Assembly (NCBI GenBank): GCA_964526265.1
Contig: CAZGIL010000001.1
Location: 8,248-72,247 of the forward strand
Length of the DNA: 64,000 bases
DNA from: Candidatus Woesearchaeota archaeon
Lineage (GTDB): Archaea; Nanobdellota; Nanobdellia; Pacearchaeales; GW2011-AR1
Reading direction: 5' to 3'
The position numbers were made by a program, and so were the translations under genes. Positions 58,795-64,000 of this stretch are shown piece after piece. The stretch's first letter is position 1. Each line of letters opens with the position of its first letter. The notes below the pieces were generated by a model, which was given only the letters and a program-made list of their open reading frames with translations, did no database searches and was not told the origin of the DNA.

Positions 58795-59151
58795 TTAAAT
58801 CTTCTTTACACATTCGCAAGCTTTCAAGCCTTTGTTAAGAGCAGCATTCGTTGACTTAAACTTAATGATACTTTTTGGCATGATGTTCTTTGCAAAAGGA
58901 CAACTTGGAACATGAAAACTTTTTCCGGTTTTAGAAGCAACATAAGTTTTACTCCGTGTCGGAGCTCTAACAACTTTCACCTTTTTGGAATCAACTTTCT
59001 TTTCTAAATTCCTTTCACTTCTCAGCAATTCGGAAATCATCTGCATTAATTCGGCCTGCTTTCCAGAAATCTCAAGGATATTAGCTTGTAAAGACAAGAT
59101 ATCTGTCTTAACTCTTGAAAAAGATTCTTTTAATCCCTTATCATTTACCAT
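58795..59151 (-). CDS. Coiled-coil protein with Ada-like metal-binding domain
   Basis: SF..VK.DI coiled coil; YVASK....FH...CP.AK.I...G.K.C.C. Confidence 0.7.
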   Translation of the reverse strand: MVNDKGLKESFSRVKTDILSLQANILEISGKQAELMQMISELLRSERNLEKKVDSKKVKVVRAPTRSKTYVASKTGKSFHVPSCPFAKNIMPKSIIKFKSTNAALNKGLKACECVKKI

Positions 59152-59262
59152 AAATTCCCAAGCAAAAACCCCTATTTAAATATTTCTATATTGTAACTCT
59201 TATTAAATTACAACATATTAAACAAACAACAACTTAATAAACTTATTTTCTTTTTTCGTATA

Positions 59263-60618
59263 ATGGTGAAAATAGGGTTAGAAATTCATGGCTATCTAGA
59301 TACAAAAGAGAAATTATTCTGCAAATGTAAAGCAATTCACGGAGCAAAAAACACAAAACCAAACACCCAGATATGTCCTATATGCACCGGACAACCCGGA
59401 GCGAAGCCACTCCTCCCAAACTCAAAAGCAATAAAAAAAGCAATTCAAATTTCTCTCATTTTAGGATGCAAAGTAAATCAAAAGCTTGTCTGGCAAAGAA
59501 AACATTACGACTGGCCAGACATGCCCAAGGGATATCAAAACACCATTTCGGGACCACATTCGACTCCAAACGGAACTAAGGGAAAATTCTTAGGAATAAA
59601 TATAACAGAATGCCATCTTGAAGAAGACCCCGCGGCATGGAACCCCAAAACAGGAGCGATAGACTACAATCGTTCTGGTTCACCGCTAATAGAAATCGTT
59701 ACCGCCCCAGAGTTCAAATCTTCAGAAGAAGTTACAAATTGGCTTAAGCAACTCATAGCTACCCTCTCTTACATAAAATCAATAGACAAAAAAGCCGGAT
59801 TGAAGGCAGACGTTAATGTTTCTGTTCCTGGAGGTAAGAGAGTTGAAGTAAAAAATATTAATTCTCTTAATAATATTAAAAACGCAATCGAGTATGAAAT
59901 CAAAAGACAAACAGAAAAACTTCCAAAAGAACAAGAAACAAGAAGATACGATGAATTAAAAAACAAAACAGAAAAAATGCGTTCAAAGGAGCAAACAGAA
60001 GATTACAGATTCATTTCCGACCCAGATTTACCCTCGATAAACATAGAAAAATCAAGAATAGAAAACATAAAGAAACAGCTCCCCGAAACTCCCCAACAAA
60101 AACTATCTAAACTAATAAAGAAACACAAGATAAATCCTAAATCCGCAGAAGTCTTAACCAAAAAGCTAGAGATTGTAGAATTCTTTGAAAAAATAATCTC
60201 TAAAGTTAATCCAAAACTTGCAGTTAGATGGGTAACAGAAGAACTTCTAAGTGTATTAAATTACACAAAGAAAGAGTTTGATGAGATAAAAATAGATTCA
60301 AATCACTTCATAGAACTTCTAGATTTAATAGAAAAAAAGATTATAACGGAGTTAAAAGCAAAGGATATTCTAAGAAGCTGGAATGAAGAATCAACCTCTC
60401 CAAAAAAGCACATAAAATCTGCTTCAACAATCTCGAACAAAGACGAAATAGAGAAACTAGCAAAGAAAGTAATAAAGGAAAATTCAAAGGCTGTCTCAGA
60501 CTTCAAATCCGGACAGCAAAACGCTCTTAACTTCTTAGTTGGGCAGGTTATGAGATTAAGTAATAAGCGTGCGGATTTTAAGACAGCTAAAGATATTCTT
60601 GAAAAATTATTAGAGTAG
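59263..60618 (+). CDS. gatB: Asp/Glu-tRNA amidotransferase subunit B
   Basis: IGLEIH, CPIC.G.PG, RKHY..PD.PKGYQ, HLEED, D.NR.G.PL.EIVT, YRF..DPDL, FLVGQVM. Confidence 0.96.
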   Translation: MVKIGLEIHGYLDTKEKLFCKCKAIHGAKNTKPNTQICPICTGQPGAKPLLPNSKAIKKAIQISLILGCKVNQKLVWQRKHYDWPDMPKGYQNTISGPHSTPNGTKGKFLGINITECHLEEDPAAWNPKTGAIDYNRSGSPLIEIVTAPEFKSSEEVTNWLKQLIATLSYIKSIDKKAGLKADVNVSVPGGKRVEVKNINSLNNIKNAIEYEIKRQTEKLPKEQETRRYDELKNKTEKMRSKEQTEDYRFISDPDLPSINIEKSRIENIKKQLPETPQQKLSKLIKKHKINPKSAEVLTKKLEIVEFFEKIISKVNPKLAVRWVTEELLSVLNYTKKEFDEIKIDSNHFIELLDLIEKKIITELKAKDILRSWNEESTSPKKHIKSASTISNKDEIEKLAKKVIKENSKAVSDFKSGQQNALNFLVGQVMRLSNKRADFKTAKDILEKLLE

Positions 60619-60628
60619 TTTTCTTTTA

Positions 60629-60708
60629 CACTGTAGCTTTTCTTTTCCTAAAAGAAAAACCCATTTTCTACCACTGTAGGTTCTTTTCTTCTAAAAAAGA
60701 ACCCCACT
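60629..60708. repeat. Two diverged ~37-bp hairpin repeats (43-bp period); probable bidirectional terminator
   Basis: CACTGTAG-CTTTTCTTTTCCTAAAAGAAAAACCCA and CACTGTAG-GTTCTTTTCTTCTAAAAAAGAACCCCA between convergent gatB and tRNA-Arg. Confidence 0.6.
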
Positions 60709-60709
60709 A

Positions 60710-60828
60710 TGAGCCCGGAAGGAATCGAACCTTCGTTTCCTGGTATCTCCAAGGTTTCTCGTGACTCTAACCCTATTTCACGAACCCCTTGCCGAAGCCA
60801 AGTGTTCTATCCACTGAACTACGGGCCC
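60710..60828 (-). tRNA. tRNA-Arg(TCG) with 47-nt intron at 37/38 (60745-60791)
   Basis: GGGCCCG/CGGGCTC-A acceptor; strict BHB (CUUC/GGAG central helix, AAGG/CCUU inner helix); 72-nt mature tRNA. Confidence 0.92.
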
Positions 60829-60980
60829 CCGAATGACAGCTTTGCTGACGTTCGCTCGGAATGAAAATTCCGATTAATCTATTATCCCAGAAAACAGCTA
60901 GCTTTTTATATCTTAAGTTTTGTCCAATTGGATATGTAGCGTACTAACCAGTACGCAGTATCACTCCTTCTCTTTCAAAG

Positions 60981-61106
60981 CTAGTTTTTTGAAACTACCG
61001 CTTCAAGCTCGTATTCAAGCCGAAGGGTAACTTCAAGCAACTGGTTAAGTTCTCTTTCAAGAACTACTTCATCACTTGCTTGCATTTGTTGGTATGCTTG
61101 TTCCAT
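60981..61106 (-). CDS. 41-aa acidic helical small protein (missed by ORF track)
   Basis: MEQAYQQMQASDEVVLERELNQLLEVTLRLEYELEAVVSKN; coding-like GAA/CTT codon use. Confidence 0.5.
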   Translation of the reverse strand: MEQAYQQMQASDEVVLERELNQLLEVTLRLEYELEAVVSKN

Positions 61107-61141
61107 TTTTTTAGTTGCAAGCCACAATATTATTCAAAAAC

Positions 61142-61289
61142 CTTAAGAGTCTAAATTAATTAAGAACCATTCCTCAATTCAATCCAAACCCAAAAGAAAA
61201 TTGAACTAAATTGAGGCTAACTTGGGTTTATAGACTAAGCCGTATGTAAAACAAATCATATTCCACATCGAGTTATGCCTACTTACCAT
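61142..61289 (-). ncRNA. Putative structured RNA / regulatory leader
   Basis: 16-bp stem 61201-61216/61172-61187 with three G-U pairs valid only on the minus strand; outer helix 61231-61239/61142-61153; TATA box at ~61312-61319. Confidence 0.5.
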
Positions 61290-61331
61290 TAATGTATATA
61301 ACAAAAAGAAGTTTAAATATTTATTGGTGAT

Positions 61332-62372
61332 TTAGTTAACTAACGCTTCCAGCCTCTCCCTAAACCTCTCCAAATCATCCATTTTAACCATCGCTCCAAC
61401 AGCGTCGTCATGCCCCCCGCCCGTAGCACCCTCAATTCCCTCAATTGCCTCGAGGATAAATTTCTTAACACCCTTCCCCCGTGCAGAAATATTCACCTTA
61501 ACCCCCGACAGGTAAGCAATAACAATAATCTTATCCGGAAAAAGATAACTCAGTTCATTTGAAATATCTGCGCTTATACTCATACTTCCACTATACTTAA
61601 AAAATAAAAGTTTAGAATCATCAATTTGGGAAGATGCTTTCTGAATAAATTTATCCGCCTTGCTTTTTATCTCCTTAAACCGTTTATGCATAAATTGATT
61701 TTTAGTACCCTCTTCTAAAACATCTTGAGGAGATTTTGCCTTCATAAGAAGCTTAAGCATGTTTATTACATTGGTAGTCCTATCCATCAAGCCATAACCA
61801 AGTATTCTCACCATCTTTCCAAGCTCAGAACGATAATAAATTTCAAAAGCATCTTCAGAATTTATTGACAAATGGGGGTATTGTTTCATAAACTCGGAGT
61901 AAAATTCTGGAATAAATCTATCCGCGATACATCCTGCAACCGCAATCCACAAATCTTCTTTTTTTTGAGTTATCTCATAACACCAATAAGTAACCGGCTC
62001 TGAAGTTTTCTTTGAGTTAAGAAGGGGATTATAATAGTTAACAAATTTAGGAACACTCTTCATGTCAATTTCGTGATGGTCTATCCACACAACAGGGATA
62101 TTTACCTGTTCGACCTCTTTAAAAAATTCTTCGGAAACAACGGGCTTATCCAAGATAAAAATATAATCCGCGTTCAACTCTTTCACTCTTCTAAAATAAT
62201 CTTTGGTCATTGCCGGAAAAGATTTTACCGGAACTCCCCTTCCTCTTTCTATATATCTCTGCAAAAGCAGAAAACTACACAAACCATCCTGGTCATTATC
62301 AAAGAAGAATACCGGATTTTGAGCCCTTTCCAAGTGCTCTTTTATCTCTTCCATCTGTTTTTGGTTTAACAT
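61332..62372 (-). CDS. DHH/DHHA1 family phosphoesterase (RecJ-like)
   Basis: DNDQDG, ILD, IDHH, SAR, GGGHDDAVG. Confidence 0.88.
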   Translation of the reverse strand: MLNQKQMEEIKEHLERAQNPVFFFDNDQDGLCSFLLLQRYIERGRGVPVKSFPAMTKDYFRRVKELNADYIFILDKPVVSEEFFKEVEQVNIPVVWIDHHEIDMKSVPKFVNYYNPLLNSKKTSEPVTYWCYEITQKKEDLWIAVAGCIADRFIPEFYSEFMKQYPHLSINSEDAFEIYYRSELGKMVRILGYGLMDRTTNVINMLKLLMKAKSPQDVLEEGTKNQFMHKRFKEIKSKADKFIQKASSQIDDSKLLFFKYSGSMSISADISNELSYLFPDKIIVIAYLSGVKVNISARGKGVKKFILEAIEGIEGATGGGHDDAVGAMVKMDDLERFRERLEALVN

Positions 62373-62422
62373 CTCACAAATAAAACAAAAAGGTATTTAA
62401 GTTTACCTTTACTAAAAAAGAT

Positions 62423-62725
62423 ATGCCAAAAAAAGAGGAAAGATTAAGTAAAAAAAAGAAACTGAGAATTCACCTTAGTTTTATAACAATTGCCGCTGTT
62501 TTGGCTGTTCTAATAGGAACAATCGCCTTCCATTATATAGAAGATTTTTCTTGGCTTGATTCTTTTTATTTCAGCGGAATGACCCTAACAACGGTGGGCT
62601 ATGGAGATTTTTACCCCGTAACCGCATTAGGAAAGATTTTTTCTGTAGTATATATTTTTCTAGGATTAGGGATAATTCTTTCTTTTGTACAATATCTTGT
62701 AAAAAAAGTTCACCATAGGAACTAA
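62423..62725 (+). CDS. Minimal 2-TM potassium channel
   Basis: TLTTVGYGD selectivity filter between two TMs. Confidence 0.93.
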   Translation: MPKKEERLSKKKKLRIHLSFITIAAVLAVLIGTIAFHYIEDFSWLDSFYFSGMTLTTVGYGDFYPVTALGKIFSVVYIFLGLGIILSFVQYLVKKVHHRN

Positions 62726-63759
62726 TCAACAATTTCTGTTTTCAACTTCTTATATCCAAAAAAATCGGTGGTGTAATTATATGCCCCCGCATTCAAAAAG
62801 ACAATCTTATCTCCAACTTTAAAATCTTCTCTTAATCTAACTCTATATCTAAAAATATCATCCCTCGTTGGAGAATTCCCCTTAATCAAGAATTCCCTCC
62901 CAGACGCCTCTTTTCCCAATTCCCCCTCAACCAACATCTTTGTATTTGTAAGAACATTATCCAAAGCACAATTATATACTGTGGTATTAATAATCAAATT
63001 ATTATCATAAATCTGAATTATTTTTACTTCAAGTTTAACGCAAGGAGCAGCCAAAAATCTCCCGGGCTCAATCCATGTTTCAATGTTTTTATCAGCAAGC
63101 CACTCTTTTGCCTCCCTCAATTTTTTAAAAATATAATCAAAAACCTCTACATTAGAACTTCTATAAACCGAAGGCAAACCCCCTCCTAAATTAACAAAAC
63201 CGATTTCTTTAAGACTTTCTTCACTAAGGGAATCCTTCAAATCCGAAACAATATCCCACTCAGAGACATTCTGTGACTTTCGATGAATATGTACCCCCAA
63301 TCTTTCAACAAATTCATTTCCTTTAACCTTCCCAATCAGCTCATTAACCTTCATAGAAGACATTCCATAAACGAAGTACTTTCCAGTTCCGATTCTATGC
63401 TCTCTAAACTTCATTCTTAGAGATAAACTAATTTTAATCTTCTTTTCTCCAATTACTCTTAACAACCGTTCCAAATCAACTTCATTATCAACAACAAGTT
63501 TTCTAATTCCCAAATCCAAAAGCTCTTCCAACTCTTTCTCATTTTCAGCCTGAGTAAAAAACCAAATCTTTTTTTTATCTTTTATATCTTCAATCTCCTC
63601 TCTAGCATGAATTGAAAAATCACAATCAGAAATTTCTTGCAAAACCTTTCCAACCTCTCGGTTTGTTTTATATGAATAGGAAACCCCCAATCCCAAATCT
63701 TCCAGCTTTCCAACTTGTTCCAAAAGGATCTTTTTTGATAAGATAAATTTAGCTTCCAT
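62722..63759 (-). CDS. Fold-type III PLP-dependent decarboxylase family protein
   Basis: YSYKTN (PLP Lys), NLGGG, IEPGR, GAY. Confidence 0.85.
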   Translation of the reverse strand: MEAKFILSKKILLEQVGKLEDLGLGVSYSYKTNREVGKVLQEISDCDFSIHAREEIEDIKDKKKIWFFTQAENEKELEELLDLGIRKLVVDNEVDLERLLRVIGEKKIKISLSLRMKFREHRIGTGKYFVYGMSSMKVNELIGKVKGNEFVERLGVHIHRKSQNVSEWDIVSDLKDSLSEESLKEIGFVNLGGGLPSVYRSSNVEVFDYIFKKLREAKEWLADKNIETWIEPGRFLAAPCVKLEVKIIQIYDNNLIINTTVYNCALDNVLTNTKMLVEGELGKEASGREFLIKGNSPTRDDIFRYRVRLREDFKVGDKIVFLNAGAYNYTTDFFGYKKLKTEIVD

Positions 63760-63760
63760 T

Positions 63761-64000
63761 TTAACGTATTGATTTTAAAAATTCTAAATGTTTTTTTGAT
63801 TGAGGATTATACAACATTTTTCTTCCTAGAGTTTTAATGTAAGCTGAAATTTCAAGCGTTAATACCTTATCTGGAGAATTTCTTAATCTTCTCAGGGTGT
63901 TTCCCACACCATAAAAATCTTCATACATCTCAAAAATTGTTTTTTGGAGTTCAAAAGGAGTGAAATTTCTTGGTCTTGTGACAACATGTTGCCCATCATA
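63761..64000 (-). CDS. C-terminal part of a probable (B12-binding) radical SAM protein (5' end off window)
   Basis: Hand translation YDGQHVVTRPRNFTPFELQ...FY...HLEFLKSIR*; YDG.HVV..P....P.ELQ is typical of this family's C-terminus. Confidence 0.6.
   Translation of the reverse strand, partial: YDGQHVVTRPRNFTPFELQKTIFEMYEDFYGVGNTLRRLRNSPDKVLTLEISAYIKTLGRKMLYNPQSKKHLEFLKSIR

Noticed and set aside
60629..60708. Possible mini-CRISPR array
   Set aside because: Only two diverged units with a ~6-nt gap, no spacers and no cas genes.
63761..64000. Suspected frameshift in the terminal ORF
   Set aside because: On recount the frame is open for 79 codons to the TAA at 63761-63763.

Overview
AT-rich, gene-dense core-genome segment of an archaeon. 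The gene set, mostly leaderless TATA promoters and reduced protein versions suggest DPANN, most like Pacearchaeota (inference from recall, no search run). It encodes replication, repair and division genes (cdc48, topA, nreA, radB, scpB, minD, lig, mcm, RPA32-like, ftsZ), transcription genes (TFS, rpoL, TBP, MBF1-like) and translation genes (aRF1, valS, split metG, rpl15e, aIF2-beta, aIF1A, tyw3). There is also an ~11 kb Asn/Gln transamidation cluster (gatA, gatC, ND-aspS, gatE, gatD, gatB), a DisA-type diadenylate cyclase, glycosylation genes and four tRNAs, three of them with BHB-type introns (tRNA-Asn has two). Most notable: (1) a putative nuclease gene lies between gatD and a diverged second copy of the gatD 3' end, the signature of a selfish element that replaces its host gene's C-terminus; (2) related ~18-bp palindromic in-frame micro-insertions sit inside gatC, tyw3 and probably topA; (3) a strand-specific structured RNA with a uORF and a small ORF lies near tRNA-Arg; (4) several small genes were missed by the ORF track (Sec61-beta, a 36-aa hyperacidic peptide). 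All family assignments are by motif recognition and hand alignment.
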